Below are positions 30,870 through 41,474 of a DNA stretch of 64,000 nucleotides, one piece after another. A model generated the notes under the pieces. The model saw only the letters and a list, made by a program, of their open reading frames with translations, ran no database searches and was not told the DNA's origin. The DNA lies in assembly GCA_963785725.1 (NCBI GenBank), contig CAWAWS010000007.1, forward strand, positions 224,001-288,000, read 5' to 3'. The stretch comes from an uncultured delta proteobacterium. GTDB lineage: Bacteria > Myxococcota_A > Polyangia > Palsa-1104. The translations under genes and the position numbers were made by a program. Each line of letters opens with the position of its first letter. Position 1 is the first letter of the stretch.

Positions 30870-33050
30870 GTGCTTCGTCTCGTAGGTGTGATGGTGCTGG
30901 GCCTATGGATGGTGACGGCGGCGCTGTCGGCGTCGGCGGCGGCCAAGCCCAAGCCCAAGCCGGCGGCGGGCAAGCCGCGCTCGTCGGCGCCGACCGGCCG
31001 GCCAGCCGCGCCGGCGAGCGCGGTCGAGCGGCTCGGCCGCGGCTACAAGCTGTTCCTCGAGGGTGAATACGAAGCCGCGGTGCGCGAGCTCAAGCCCATC
31101 GATCCCAAGTCGATGCACGCGCCCGACTACGTCTTGTATCTGCTGGCGACGTCCGAGCTGCTCACGGGCGAGCCCAAAGCGGCGCGCGCGCACTTTGCGC
31201 AGCTGGCGCTGTTGCCGTCGCGCTTCACCGTGCTGGCGCGGTGGCGCATGGCCGATTGCGACTGGGACGCGGGCGACTTCGAGACGGCGCGCAAAGAGTA
31301 CGAAGCGGCGCTGCCGTCGGCGAACGACCTGGTCGATCCGGCGTTGGCGCGCTTCCGCATCGCCGAGGCGTTGGCCAAGAAAGGTCAGACGGCGGCGGCG
31401 CTGGCGATGTATCGCAAGGTCTACGTCGGTGAGCCGCTGCATCCGCTGGCGGACGTGGCGATGACGCGCCTCACCGACGGCAAAGCGGCGCCGATCACGC
31501 CCGAAGAGCGCATCGCGCGCGCCAAGAGCATGACCGCCGATCGCGCCTGGCCGCGCGCGCTCGAGGAGCTGGCGCTCGTGCCCGCCGACGTGCCGCAAGC
31601 GACGCGCGACGAAGCCGACTACTGGTTCGGCATGACCAAGTTCAAGATGCGCCGCGACTACGACCAAGCGGCGCAGAAGCTGCTCGGCCTGTGGCAGCGC
31701 CTGCCCGGCGACGAGCGCAAAGCCGACGCGCTCTTTCACGGCGCGCGCGCCTGGTCCCGCGCCGACCGCGACGACGAAGGCCAAAAGGGCTACCGCGAGC
31801 TGGTCGCGCGCTTCCCGCGCTCGAAGTCGGCGGCCGAGGCGTCGTTCTTGATCGGCTGGCTCGACTTCAACCGCGGCAAATACAAAGAGGCGATCCCCGA
31901 GCTCGAAGAGACGCTGAAGCGCTACGGCTCGTCGCAGTTCAACGATGATTCGCGCTGGTATCTCGGCTTTTCGCGCTGGCTGTCGGGCGACGTCAAAGGC
32001 GCGCTCGCCGACTTCGAGACCTTGAGCCGCATGTCGGGCCCGCTCGCCGGCGGCAAAGGCGCCTATTGGCGCGGCCGCGCGCTCGATTCGTTGTCGCGCA
32101 CCGACGAGGCCAAGAGCGTGTGGCGCGCGCTCGTGACCGAGTATCCGTTCTCGTATTACGCGCTGCAGGCGCGCTTGCGGCTGAAGGAAAAAGGCGTCGA
32201 CGTCGGTCAATTCGGCGACGGCCCGCGCGGCACGGCGCCGCCGCTCGCCGCCGTCGACGCGAAGCTGTCGTCCGATCCGCTGCTCCAGCGCGTCGACGAG
32301 CTGCTCGCTGCCGGCCTCACCGTCGAAGCCGGCCTCGAGCTGCGTCGCGGCGAAGGCGAGCTCATGAAGCGCTACGGCGCGGCGCGAGCGCTCCCGCTCC
32401 TGTTCGATCGTTATCTGCGCGGCGACAACTTCAATCGCCCGCATTCGCTCGCGGAGTCCTACTCGGGCGCGGCGCTGCGCCTCGACCCGCAGCGTGACGA
32501 CGAGGCGCGCAAGTGGTGGGAGATCGTCTATCCGCGCGCCTACCGGCAGCACGTCGAGAAGTACGCGGCGACCGGTGACAACCCGCCCTATTATCTTTAT
32601 ACGATCATGCAGAAGGAGTCGGCTTACAACCCGCATGACGTGTCCTACGCCGACGCCATCGGCCTCTTGCAGATGATTCCGCCGACGAGCCGACGCGTGG
32701 CTCTGCGCATCGAAGCCGCTTATACCGACGACGTCTTATATGATCCCGAAGGTAATATTCGTTTCGGCGCCTGGTATATCGGCCATTTGTTACAGAAGTT
32801 CAAAGGCCAGATCGCGCTCGGCGCCGGCAGCTACAACGCCGGTCCGCGCGCGATGATGAAGTGGGTCAAGCTCTACGGCGCTCGCCCGCTCGACGAATTC
32901 ATCGAGCTGACGCCCTATACGCAGACGCGCGAATACATGAAGAAGGTGCTCGACATCTATTCGCGTTATGTCTGGCTCTACGACAAGAAGGATTATTTGC
33001 CCGATAATAAAATCGATACTGCATTTCTCGAAAACGATATCGATTACTGA
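30870..33050 (+). CDS. Soluble lytic transglycosylase with TPR region (Slt-like)
   Basis: IMQKES, AIGLLQMIP, SYNAG, TREY motifs; signal peptide; start approximate. Confidence 0.88.
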   Translation: MLRLVGVMVLGLWMVTAALSASAAAKPKPKPAAGKPRSSAPTGRPAAPASAVERLGRGYKLFLEGEYEAAVRELKPIDPKSMHAPDYVLYLLATSELLTGEPKAARAHFAQLALLPSRFTVLARWRMADCDWDAGDFETARKEYEAALPSANDLVDPALARFRIAEALAKKGQTAAALAMYRKVYVGEPLHPLADVAMTRLTDGKAAPITPEERIARAKSMTADRAWPRALEELALVPADVPQATRDEADYWFGMTKFKMRRDYDQAAQKLLGLWQRLPGDERKADALFHGARAWSRADRDDEGQKGYRELVARFPRSKSAAEASFLIGWLDFNRGKYKEAIPELEETLKRYGSSQFNDDSRWYLGFSRWLSGDVKGALADFETLSRMSGPLAGGKGAYWRGRALDSLSRTDEAKSVWRALVTEYPFSYYALQARLRLKEKGVDVGQFGDGPRGTAPPLAAVDAKLSSDPLLQRVDELLAAGLTVEAGLELRRGEGELMKRYGAARALPLLFDRYLRGDNFNRPHSLAESYSGAALRLDPQRDDEARKWWEIVYPRAYRQHVEKYAATGDNPPYYLYTIMQKESAYNPHDVSYADAIGLLQMIPPTSRRVALRIEAAYTDDVLYDPEGNIRFGAWYIGHLLQKFKGQIALGAGSYNAGPRAMMKWVKLYGARPLDEFIELTPYTQTREYMKKVLDIYSRYVWLYDKKDYLPDNKIDTAFLENDIDY

Positions 33051-33796
33051 TGGAATGGAATCCGGCACAATACGGTAAGTTCGGCGACGCGCGCCGCCAG
33101 CCGTTCGTCGACCTCCTGGCGCTCATCGGCGCGCCGTCGGGCATACGCGCCGTCGATCTCGGCTGCGGCCCCGGCAACCTCACGCGTGAGCTGGCCGACG
33201 CGCTGCCGCACTCGGACGTCGTCGGCATCGACTCGTCGGCCGAGATGCTGACGGTCGCCGCCGCGCTGGCGCGACCCGGGCTGCGCTTCGAGCTCGGTCG
33301 CATCGAAGACTTCGCGGCCGCGGGCCCGGACGGTGACGCCTACGACCTCGTGTTCTCCAACGCCGCGCTGCACTGGCTGCCCGATCACGCGCACCTCTTG
33401 CCCGGTTTGTGGTCGCGCGTCAAAGCCGGCGGGCAAATCGCCGTGCAGCTGCCCGCCGACGACTTCAACCCGATGCGTCAGATCTTCGCCGACGCCGCCG
33501 GCTGGCGCCATGCCATGGGCTCGCTCGACATCAGCGCCTACGCCGAGATCCTCTTCGCGCTCGGCGCCCGCGATATCACGGTGTTCGAGAAGATCTACCC
33601 GCATGTGCTGCCCGACGCCGACGCCGTCCTGGAATGGGCGCGCGGCACCGCGCTGTTACCCTATCTCGAAAGGCTGCCGCCCGCGCAACGCCAACCCTAT
33701 CTCGACGAGGTGCGGCGCCGGCTGCAGCTCGAATATTCGCGCCGACCGGTCTTCTTTCCCTTTCGGCGCATCATCTTTCACGCGCGACGTGCGTAG
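33050..33796 (+). CDS. tam: Trans-aconitate 2-methyltransferase-like SAM methyltransferase
   Basis: WNPAQY, DLGCGPGN, FSNAALHWLPDH, GTALLPY, FPFRRIIF. Confidence 0.82.
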   Translation: MEWNPAQYGKFGDARRQPFVDLLALIGAPSGIRAVDLGCGPGNLTRELADALPHSDVVGIDSSAEMLTVAAALARPGLRFELGRIEDFAAAGPDGDAYDLVFSNAALHWLPDHAHLLPGLWSRVKAGGQIAVQLPADDFNPMRQIFADAAGWRHAMGSLDISAYAEILFALGARDITVFEKIYPHVLPDADAVLEWARGTALLPYLERLPPAQRQPYLDEVRRRLQLEYSRRPVFFPFRRIIFHARRA

Positions 33797-33814
33797 AATG
33801 TAGGAGGAGGAGCC

Positions 33815-34030
33815 ATGGCCAAGTTCAAAGGCAAAGTGGTGCGCTCGGATCTCGAAGGCGGCTTCTGGACGCTCGTCGCCGACGACGGCGAGACCTACAA
33901 GCTCGAAGGTGGCGACGCCACGCTGCTCAAAGTTGGCGTCAAAGCCGAGGTCGAAGGCAACGTCGAGCAGGCGATGGGCATCGGCTTCGGCGCGCCCGTG
34001 CTGAGCGTCAAGAAGTTCAAAATCATATGA
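33815..34030 (+). CDS. Small conserved-looking beta-rich protein (DUF5818-like)
   Basis: GGAGGAG SD; DLEGGFWTL..DDGETYKL pattern. Confidence 0.7.
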   Translation: MAKFKGKVVRSDLEGGFWTLVADDGETYKLEGGDATLLKVGVKAEVEGNVEQAMGIGFGAPVLSVKKFKII

Positions 34031-34064
34031 TAGGCTGCGCGCGTCAACAGCGACGGAGAACGCG

Positions 34065-34592
34065 ATGAAGTTCGAGCTCAAGCATTCGTTCGATGCCTCG
34101 GTCGACGCGGTATTGGACGCGATGATCGATCCGGCCTATCCCGAGTTCATGAAGTCGCACATGAAGCTGATGAGCGACATCAAGCCCATCGATCGCAAGC
34201 AGGACGGCGATCGCTTGTCGTGGCGCATCCGCTGTGTGCCGGTGCCGATGATCAAGAAGGTCGGGCCGAAAGAGGTGCCGCCCGAGGCGCTGGCGTTCGT
34301 TCAGGAGTCGACGATCGACCGCGCGGCCAAGCGCATCGCGTTCAAGAACGTGGCCGAGCATCGCCAGGTCTTGAAGCACCTGGAGAACTCGGGCAGCTTC
34401 ACGTTCCGCGACGTCGGCGGTCGCACCGAGCGCACGATCGGCGGCGAGCTCAAGGTCGTCAACCTGCCGTTCCTGCTCAAGCCGCTGGCGGTCATCGCCG
34501 AGCGGCTGATCTACTCGAACGCCGAAGATCTCTTGAACGAAGAGGCCAAGGTGTTCGGCGAATTCTTGAAGTCGCGCAAGCCCGCCGCGTAA
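34065..34592 (+). CDS. DUF2505/SRPBCC-like protein
   Basis: MKFELKHSF start, START-like layout, GGAG SD. Confidence 0.65.
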   Translation: MKFELKHSFDASVDAVLDAMIDPAYPEFMKSHMKLMSDIKPIDRKQDGDRLSWRIRCVPVPMIKKVGPKEVPPEALAFVQESTIDRAAKRIAFKNVAEHRQVLKHLENSGSFTFRDVGGRTERTIGGELKVVNLPFLLKPLAVIAERLIYSNAEDLLNEEAKVFGEFLKSRKPAA

Positions 34593-34711
34593 TTTCCGCT
34601 CCAAACGACCCGCGCGTCCCGCACGAAGCTGCTTCGTCGGACGCGTCGGCGCGCGCGCAAGATTCACGACAGAAATCGATGAGGAAGAGAAGGGCGGAAG
34701 CGCGCTGCGAC

Positions 34712-36307
34712 TTACTGCGTGGCCTTCTGGCCGTCGTGCAAGTTGTCGGCGCCGGCCGAGACGACGATGTCGCCGCCGCTCAAGCCGCTGCCGATGAGCG
34801 CCTCCGAGCCGTCGCGGTCGACGACGCTGACGTTGCGCTGGTGCACGGCGCCGTCGGCCAAGACGTAGACGACGTCGCCGGTCTCGCGATGCGTCAGCGC
34901 CGTCGCCGGCACCGGCACGACGTTCGGCACGCGCTGCTTCACCAGCCGCACGGCGTCGCCCGCCTTGACCGTCGTCTCTTCCGGCAGCTCGACAGTCACG
35001 GTGCCGTCGACGATCTTGGCCACGCGACCGCTGATCGGTGCGCCGCCGAGCGCCGGCTGCAACTGCGCCACTTCGCCCGGCTTCAGCGCCGCCGCGTCCG
35101 CACCCAGCTTGAGCTCGGCGATGGCGTGCTTGTCGGCCAGCTTCAACACCGGATCGCCCGGCTTGGCGTCGCTGCCCGCCTGCGCCAAGACCTGCGCGAC
35201 GGTACCCGCGCCCGGCGCGATCAGCCGCACCTTGGCCGCGCGCGCCTCGAGCTCCGCCATCAGCTTCTTCTTCTCGGCGACTTTGCCTTCCGCCGCCGCG
35301 GTCGCGCCGGCATCGCCCTTGGCCTTCGCCGTCGCCAGCTGCTTCTCGTAAAAGGACGCGCGATCTTTGACGTCCGCGAGCTCCTTCTCGATCTTGGCGT
35401 ACGACTCCAGCGTCGCCAGCGGCATGCCCGCTTTGGCTTCCGTGCCCGCGGCCACGACGTCGCTGACTTTGCCCGCTTCGCCGAACGACAGCGTCTGCCC
35501 TTCGGACTTGCGCACCGTCGCCGTCGCGTCATACAGCCGCACGACTTCGCGCGGCGTCGCGACGACCGTCGCCACCTTCGCCGTCGTGCCGCTCATGAAC
35601 TTGATGTAGGCGACGATCGCCGCCACCACCAGCAGCACCAAGAACAGAATCAGCAGCGAGCCCGCGCTCGACTTCGACGCCTTCGGCTCGGCGCGCGCGA
35701 CCGCGCCCGTCGTCATCTCGTCGTGCACGCGCGGCGTGTTCGCTTGCGGCGGCGTCGGCGCCGGCGGCAACGCCTTCGGCTCCGGCTCCTTGGCGACGAC
35801 CGCCGGCGTCAGCGGCCGCACCGGCGGCGACGGCTCCGGCTCGTCGTGCTCGTCCGGCGCGTCGGGCTCGGAGTCGGCGTCGTTCGTCGGCAGCTCGGTG
35901 ACCATCGACGGCGTCGCCGCGAACTCGTCATCGTCCGCGTGGTCGACCGGCGTCGCCGCTTTCGCGCCCGCGCCGTTCGCCGGCGACGGGGCTTCGCCCA
36001 TCATCGTCCGCGCGTCCGGCGCCGCCCGCTGCGGCTCGCCGTCGAGCTCGAAGAACCCGAGGTCGCGCAGCTTGGCGGCGAAGTTCTCGAGGTCGGACGG
36101 GCTCGGGTGAATGCCCAGCCGTTCGCGTGCCCACGAGGCCACTTCGTCGAAGGGACGCCGGCCATCCATGCGCTCGGCGATCAACCACTCGAAGTCGTAC
36201 AGCCGCATGCGCGCGCCCGACTTCGGGTCGCTCACGTCGAAATATTTGACGCCCTGTTCTTCGGTCGGCGTCGCACTCAAATCGGGTCGGATCCGCGGCG
36301 TGCTCAT
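34712..36307 (-). CDS. Membrane-fusion (HlyD/RND adaptor-like) protein with N-terminal PqqD-like domain and Pro-rich linker
   Basis: YFDVSDPKSG...MDG...LRDLGFF N-terminus; TM; coiled coil; LIAPGAGTV; VPATAL, GLSGGD.VV; TGATG overlap with mglA. Confidence 0.7.
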   Translation of the reverse strand: MSTPRIRPDLSATPTEEQGVKYFDVSDPKSGARMRLYDFEWLIAERMDGRRPFDEVASWARERLGIHPSPSDLENFAAKLRDLGFFELDGEPQRAAPDARTMMGEAPSPANGAGAKAATPVDHADDDEFAATPSMVTELPTNDADSEPDAPDEHDEPEPSPPVRPLTPAVVAKEPEPKALPPAPTPPQANTPRVHDEMTTGAVARAEPKASKSSAGSLLILFLVLLVVAAIVAYIKFMSGTTAKVATVVATPREVVRLYDATATVRKSEGQTLSFGEAGKVSDVVAAGTEAKAGMPLATLESYAKIEKELADVKDRASFYEKQLATAKAKGDAGATAAAEGKVAEKKKLMAELEARAAKVRLIAPGAGTVAQVLAQAGSDAKPGDPVLKLADKHAIAELKLGADAAALKPGEVAQLQPALGGAPISGRVAKIVDGTVTVELPEETTVKAGDAVRLVKQRVPNVVPVPATALTHRETGDVVYVLADGAVHQRNVSVVDRDGSEALIGSGLSGGDIVVSAGADNLHDGQKATQ

Positions 36308-36894
36308 CACCCGCCTCGCTTGAGCTCCGTCAACACCAGCTTGGCGACCGACTTCAGCGTATCGAAGACGCCCACGCCCGTGGTGGCGACGGCCTCGAAC
36401 TCGGGCACGTTCGTCGGATTGAGCACTTTCTTCAGCTCGTCCATCGGCGCGGAGTTCGGCAAATCTCGCTTGTTGTACTGCACGCAATACGGAATCTTAT
36501 CGAGGTCGTAACCCTGGTCTTGCAGGTTTACGCGCAAGTTATCGAGCGATTCGATATTCGCTTCCATACGCTCGATCTGCGAATCAGCAACGAATACGAC
36601 ACCATCCACGCCTTTCAAGATCAGCTTGCGGCTGGCGTCGTAAAAGACCTGACCGGGCACCGTGTACAGGTGGAAGCGCGTCTTGAATCCGCGAATTTCG
36701 CCCAGTGAAAGCGGCAAAAAGTCGAAGAACAAGGTGCGCTCGGTCTCCGTGGCCAGGGAGATCATCTTCCCTTTCGCCTCGGGATTGGTCTTGTTGTAGA
36801 TGTACTGCAAGTTGGTCGTCTTCCCGCACAGGCCAGGCCCGTAGTAGACGATCTTGCAGTTGATTTCGCGGGAGCTGTAATTGATGAAGCTCAT
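36307..36894 (-). CDS. mglA: Gliding-motility small GTPase MglA
   Basis: [48 protein letters not shown]. Confidence 0.98.
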   Translation of the reverse strand: MSFINYSSREINCKIVYYGPGLCGKTTNLQYIYNKTNPEAKGKMISLATETERTLFFDFLPLSLGEIRGFKTRFHLYTVPGQVFYDASRKLILKGVDGVVFVADSQIERMEANIESLDNLRVNLQDQGYDLDKIPYCVQYNKRDLPNSAPMDELKKVLNPTNVPEFEAVATTGVGVFDTLKSVAKLVLTELKRGG

Positions 36895-36912
36895 CGAAGC
36901 GGTCGGCCCCCG

Positions 36913-37395
36913 TCAGTCGTTGAACAGGTTGTCGATGTCGTCGTCGGAGATCTCTCCGAGCACCGGCGGGACGTTCCCGCTCGACATCTTCTTCACCAGC
37001 GCGTCGAAGACCTTGGTCAGCTCTTCCGAGGCCTTCTTGACTCGCAATCGCACCAAACCCAGCGACGAGCGCGTGTCGAAAAGAACGACCAAGATCGCGC
37101 GCTGCGCCACCAAAGACAGGTGGATGTTGGTCTTTTCACCTTCGTGAAATTGGCCGCTGAATTCCTTCTCCGCCAATAGCTTGGCGATGCCTCCGGTCGC
37201 GGCGACGTTACCCGCGAACAGCGACGACAGCGACGTCACGTCGAGGTGCTCGGTATTGCCGGCCCGGGCAATTTCCTGCCCGTCCTTGTTGATCACGAGA
37301 ATGGCGATCGAGTTCGAGTCTCGCTGGAGCCGATCGCAGATCACTTGGATCTGCTGCTGCTCCTCCTCGAACATAACGACCTGGGGCGTACCCAT
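36913..37395 (-). CDS. mglB: MglB roadblock-domain GTPase-activating protein
   Basis: GNVAATGG, EFSGQFHEGEK, SSLGLVRLRVKKA, ISDDDIDNLF; upstream of mglA. Confidence 0.96.
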   Translation of the reverse strand: MGTPQVVMFEEEQQQIQVICDRLQRDSNSIAILVINKDGQEIARAGNTEHLDVTSLSSLFAGNVAATGGIAKLLAEKEFSGQFHEGEKTNIHLSLVAQRAILVVLFDTRSSLGLVRLRVKKASEELTKVFDALVKKMSSGNVPPVLGEISDDDIDNLFND

Positions 37396-37532
37396 CGCGG
37401 GGGCTCTCCTGTGAGCGGTCGTCCTTTGTTATCAGATTGGCCACGAATAATCAATCGGTGGCTACAACTGGCGTCGATTGCGGTGGCCTGGCTACACGCC
37501 TTCGTTGCCTACATTTCCCGACGAGAACGAGG

Positions 37533-38126
37533 TTACATCTCGCGGCGGGCTTCGAGCGCGCGCGCGATCGTGACGCCGTCGGCGTACTCGAGCTCGCCGC
37601 CGACCGCCAAGCCGGACGCGATGCGCGTGACTTTGACGCCGAGCGGCCGCAGCACCTTGGCCAGATAGAGCGCCGTCGCTTCGCCTTCGACGTTCGGTGA
37701 CGTCGCTACGATCAGCTCGCGCAGCTCATTGGACGCCACCCGCGCGAGCAGCTCCTTGATGCGCAAATCGTCGGGCCCGATGCCTTCGAGCGGCGACAAC
37801 ACGCCGTGCAGCACGTGATAACGCCCGCGAAATCCGCCGGTGCGCTCGATCGCGTACAGGTCCGGCGGCGTCGCCACGACCGCGACCAGCCCGGCGTCTC
37901 GCCGCACGTCGCTGCACAGGCCGCAGGGATCGTGCTCGGTCAAGTTCATGCACACCGAGCAGAGCCGGATCTTCTCTTTGACCTCGACCAGCGCATGCGC
38001 CAGATCGCGCGCATATTCGGCCGGCGCGCGCAGCACGTGGAACGCCAGCCGCGACGCCGTCTTCTCGCCGATCCCGGGCAGCTTCGCCAGCTCGCGAATC
38101 AGCCGTCCGATGGGATCCGTCGCCAA
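37533..38126 (-). CDS. recR: Recombination mediator RecR
   Basis: LPGIGEKTA HhH, C4 zinc finger, YHVLHG, EGEATA, LEYAD. Confidence 0.97.
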   Translation of the reverse strand: MATDPIGRLIRELAKLPGIGEKTASRLAFHVLRAPAEYARDLAHALVEVKEKIRLCSVCMNLTEHDPCGLCSDVRRDAGLVAVVATPPDLYAIERTGGFRGRYHVLHGVLSPLEGIGPDDLRIKELLARVASNELRELIVATSPNVEGEATALYLAKVLRPLGVKVTRIASGLAVGGELEYADGVTIARALEARREM

Positions 38127-38135
38127 AGTCGCGCC

Positions 38136-38483
38136 TTAAAACAGGCCCGGAATGTTCATGCCGCCGGTCACCGACTGCATGGCGCCCGCTTGCAGCTCCT
38201 GCGCTTTGCCGATCGCCTGATTGATGGCCGCGATGATCAGATCCTGCAGCATCGACGGATCTTTCGGATCGATGCAGGCCGGATCGATCTTGAGCGCGCG
38301 CACTTCGAGGCCGCCCGTGATCGTGACCGTCACCATGCCGCCGCCCGCCGAAGCCTCGACCGTCTTCGACTTGGCCTCGTCTTGCGCCTTCAGCATCTGC
38401 TCTTGCAGCTGCTGCGCTTGCTGCATCATGGCGCCGAGATCGAAGCCGCCACCGCCGGGAAATCCGCCGTCATTCTCACTCAT
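38136..38483 (-). CDS. ybaB: YbaB/EbfC nucleoid-associated protein
   Basis: SAGGGMVTV, LQDLIIAAINQA, IPGLF; dnaX-ybaB-recR order. Confidence 0.95.
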   Translation of the reverse strand: MSENDGGFPGGGGFDLGAMMQQAQQLQEQMLKAQDEAKSKTVEASAGGGMVTVTITGGLEVRALKIDPACIDPKDPSMLQDLIIAAINQAIGKAQELQAGAMQSVTGGMNIPGLF

Positions 38484-38571
38484 TGGCCCACCTTCCGGCG
38501 AGCCGACGAGGAAGACGAGCGGTCCGCTGGCCCGACGGGCCGGACGCTCACCTTCGCTCGCTCACGCTCGC

Positions 38572-40351
38572 TCATTGGTTCTTCTCCACGTCGTCGACCA
38601 CCGGTTCGCGCCAGTTGCCACCGAAGCGCGCGTCGAGCCCTTTGCGCGCCGGGTGCTCGAGCGCCTCACGCCGTCGCTGCTCGCGATCTTCGTCGATCTT
38701 GCGCTCTTCGACTTCGATCATCGTCTCGGTCGCCGCCGCCGGCATGCCTTCGGCCGCGCCGACGATGATCTCGATCGCCAGATCTTCGCCTGTCGTCTTC
38801 TTGATGGCGGCGCGCAGCTGCGGCAAGCGCTCGCGCAGTCGATTGGCCGCAAAATCGCTATCGAAGCCGAGCGACAGATGCACCGCGTCGCGCGCCAACA
38901 GCCTCGACTGCGCGATATCACACAAGAAGGGGTCGATATTGATGACCGCTTCCAGCAGCTCGGTGAAGTTCGCCGGCGCCTTTTGTTTCGTCGGCGCCGG
39001 CTTGGCGGCAACCGGTGGCGGCGCTGGCGGCGCGAAGTCCGCGACGTCGGGCGCGCCGTAATCCGGCATGTCATTCGGTGGCGGCGGCGCGGCATTGACT
39101 GCCGGCGCCGGTCGCGACGGCGGCGCCGCCTGCGCGACCGCCGCGCGCGATCCGCCGCCCGCGCCACCACTTCCCGACGGCGGCGACGCCGCCGGCACGC
39201 CCTTTTCCACGCGCGATTCGAGGGCCTCCAGCTTCGCCAGCAGCGCGCCGATCGGCTCCAGCGGCTCGACGCGCGTCAACGCGATCAAGCCCACTTCGAG
39301 CACGTAGCGCGGCACCGGCGACTTGGCGACCTCCTCGGCGATCTTCGCGCAGCGCTCGAACAGCAGCTCCGGCAGGCCGTTCGGCGCCGCCTTGACCGTC
39401 GCCGCCAGCGCCTCGAGCTCCGACGGCGAGCCCTCGACGAGCGCGCTCGCGTCCGGCAGCGCCGCGACGACGACGAGATCGCGCAAGTGGCCGAGCAGCG
39501 CCTGCGCCAGCTGCGACAGATCCTGGCCGCGCGCGAACGCCGCATCGACGAGCGTCAAGCGCCGCCGCCGCGTTCTTGCCGAGGATCGCCTGCCCCAGCT
39601 TGTCGAGCAGCGTGCGATCGGCGACGCCGAGCGTCTCGGCCGCGCCCGCCTCGGTCAACCCCGTCGGCGACGACGCGATCACTTGATCGAGCAGCGACAG
39701 CGCGTCACGCACCGAGCCGCCCGACTCGCGCGTGATCAGCGACAGCGCGTTCTTCTCGAACGGCAGCTGTTCCGTCGTCAAAATCTGCGTCAGATGCTCG
39801 GCGATGCGCCGCTGCGGCACGAGCTTGAAGTCGTAGCGCTGCACGCGCGAGAGAATCGTCGCCGGCAGCTTGTGCGGATCGGTGGTCGCGAAGACGAAGA
39901 TCGCGTGCGGCGGCGGCTCTTCCAGCGTCTTCAGGAGCGCATTCCACGCGCCCGACGAGAGCATGTGCACTTCGTCGAGGATGTAGACTTTCTTCTTGCC
40001 GCGCACCGGCGCGTAGCGAATCGCGTCGCGCAGCTCGCGGATGTTGTCGACGCCGTTGTTGGACGCGGCGTCGATCTCTTGCACGTCGACGCTGGAGCCG
40101 TTGGTGATTTCGCGGCAGGCGTCACAGACGTTGCACGGCGTGGCCGTCGGCGCGTTCACGCACGACAAGCACTTGGCGAGGATGCGCGCCGCCGTCGTCT
40201 TGCCGACACCGCGAGCGCCCGTGAACAAAAACGCGTGATGCAGCCGCCCGGCCGCGATCGCGTTCTGCAGGGTCTGAGTGACGTGCTCTTGTCCGACGAT
40301 TTCGTCGAACGTCTGCGGGCGATACTTGCGTGCGAGGACCAAATAGGACAT
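38572..40351 (-). CDS. dnaX: DNA polymerase III subunit gamma/tau, apparent +1 frameshift near 39559
   Basis: LARKYRP, GARGVGKTT, EIDAAS, DEVHML, LLKTLEEPP; continuation in 38572-39558 frame; span 3n+1. Confidence 0.93.
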
Positions 40352-40413
40352 GTCGCGCGTCGCTCCGCCGTCGCGGCCAGCAAACCGCTCAGGTAGCAGA
40401 TGGAACGAAAAAA

Positions 40414-40499
40414 GGTGGCTCCGGGCACCCGCGCCGCTAACTACCGTTGCTCCCTTCCGGGCCTGGCGGGGTTCGTCGGCATTGCGTCGCCCAGAGCCA
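40414..40499 (-). ncRNA. ffs: Signal recognition particle (4.5S) RNA
   Basis: Minus strand CCGCCAGGCCCGGAAGGGAGCAACGG domain IV motif in a closed hairpin, upstream of dnaX. Confidence 0.93.
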
Positions 40500-40578
40500 A
40501 AACTGGTCTACCACAAATCCAAAGCCGCAAACGATGTAGCACACTTCTCGTTACGGCCAAGCGATCCGTTGAAACTTA

Positions 40579-40667
<89 letters not shown>

Positions 40668-40745
40668 AACAAACTTGTGCGGCGCCACCAACCGCGACTT
40701 CCTCTGCTCTGCTCTGATTCCGTCGGAGGGAGAGGTTGGAGCGGA

Positions 40746-40848
40746 GGGTTTGGGCCCCGCGCGCAGTTCCGCAGGAGTTGTTTTTCGTGTTCGCGCAGCG
40801 AACGCGAAAAACGGCTCCGAGGACTGTTTGAGCACGGGGCCCAAACCC
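40746..40848. repeat. ~100-nt imperfect palindrome between tRNA-Ser genes
   Basis: GGGTTTGGGCCCCG...TTTTTCGTGTTCGC-GCA-GCGAACGCGAAAAA...CGGGGCCCAAACCC. Confidence 0.75.
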
Positions 40849-40858
40849 GGAGCGACAG

Positions 40859-40947
40859 CGGAGAGGGAGGGATTCGAACCCCCGGTACCCTTGCGGGTAC
40901 ACCTGATTTCGAATCAGGCGCAATCGACCGGACTCTGCCACCTCTCC
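40859..40947 (-). tRNA. tRNA-Ser(CGA)
   Basis: Anticodon arm CCTGA-TTCGAAA-TCAGG, long variable arm. Confidence 0.95.
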
Positions 40948-40990
40948 AGGTGGTGCGAACGCAAAATACGGCGTCGAAACCGTACGAAAA

Positions 40991-41461
40991 TCAACTCGAT
41001 CGCTTGCGTAACTGGGCGAAGAAGTCGGTCAGCAGGGCGCCACATTCGGCTGCCAACGCGCTCTGCTCGACGACAACTTGGTGGTTCAAGCGGGGATCTT
41101 CCAAGAGGCGGTAGAGCGTTCGTACCGCGCCGGCCTTCGGGTTGTCACAGCCGAAGACGACCCTGTCGATGCGGGCGTTGACGATCGCGCCCGCGCACAT
41201 CGGACAGGGCTCTTGCGTCACATACAGCGTGGCGCCGACCAAGCGCCAACCGGCGACGGCTTTGGCCGCCTCGCGGATGGCGATGAGCTCCGCGTGTGCC
41301 GTCGGATCGGCGGCACTTTCACGGCGATTTCCGCCGCGACCCAAGACGACTCCGTCGACCACGATCACGGCGCCGACGGGCACTTCGCCCATCTCCGCCG
41401 CCGTCTTGGCCTCGGCGATCGCCAACTGCATGAGCTGCTCTTCTACAGGTACAAGCGTCAT
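40991..41461 (-). CDS. tadA: tRNA adenosine(34) deaminase
   Basis: GEVPVGAV, DPTAHAE, EPCPMCAGA, NPKAGA, LNH. Confidence 0.95.
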   Translation of the reverse strand: MTLVPVEEQLMQLAIAEAKTAAEMGEVPVGAVIVVDGVVLGRGGNRRESAADPTAHAELIAIREAAKAVAGWRLVGATLYVTQEPCPMCAGAIVNARIDRVVFGCDNPKAGAVRTLYRLLEDPRLNHQVVVEQSALAAECGALLTDFFAQLRKRSS

Positions 41462-41474
41462 TTTCGAACTGCGG

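Noticed and set aside
39540..39580. Programmed gamma/tau frameshift in dnaX
   Set aside because: No slippery A-run, and the position is far earlier than in known cases; it matches the other single-base indels
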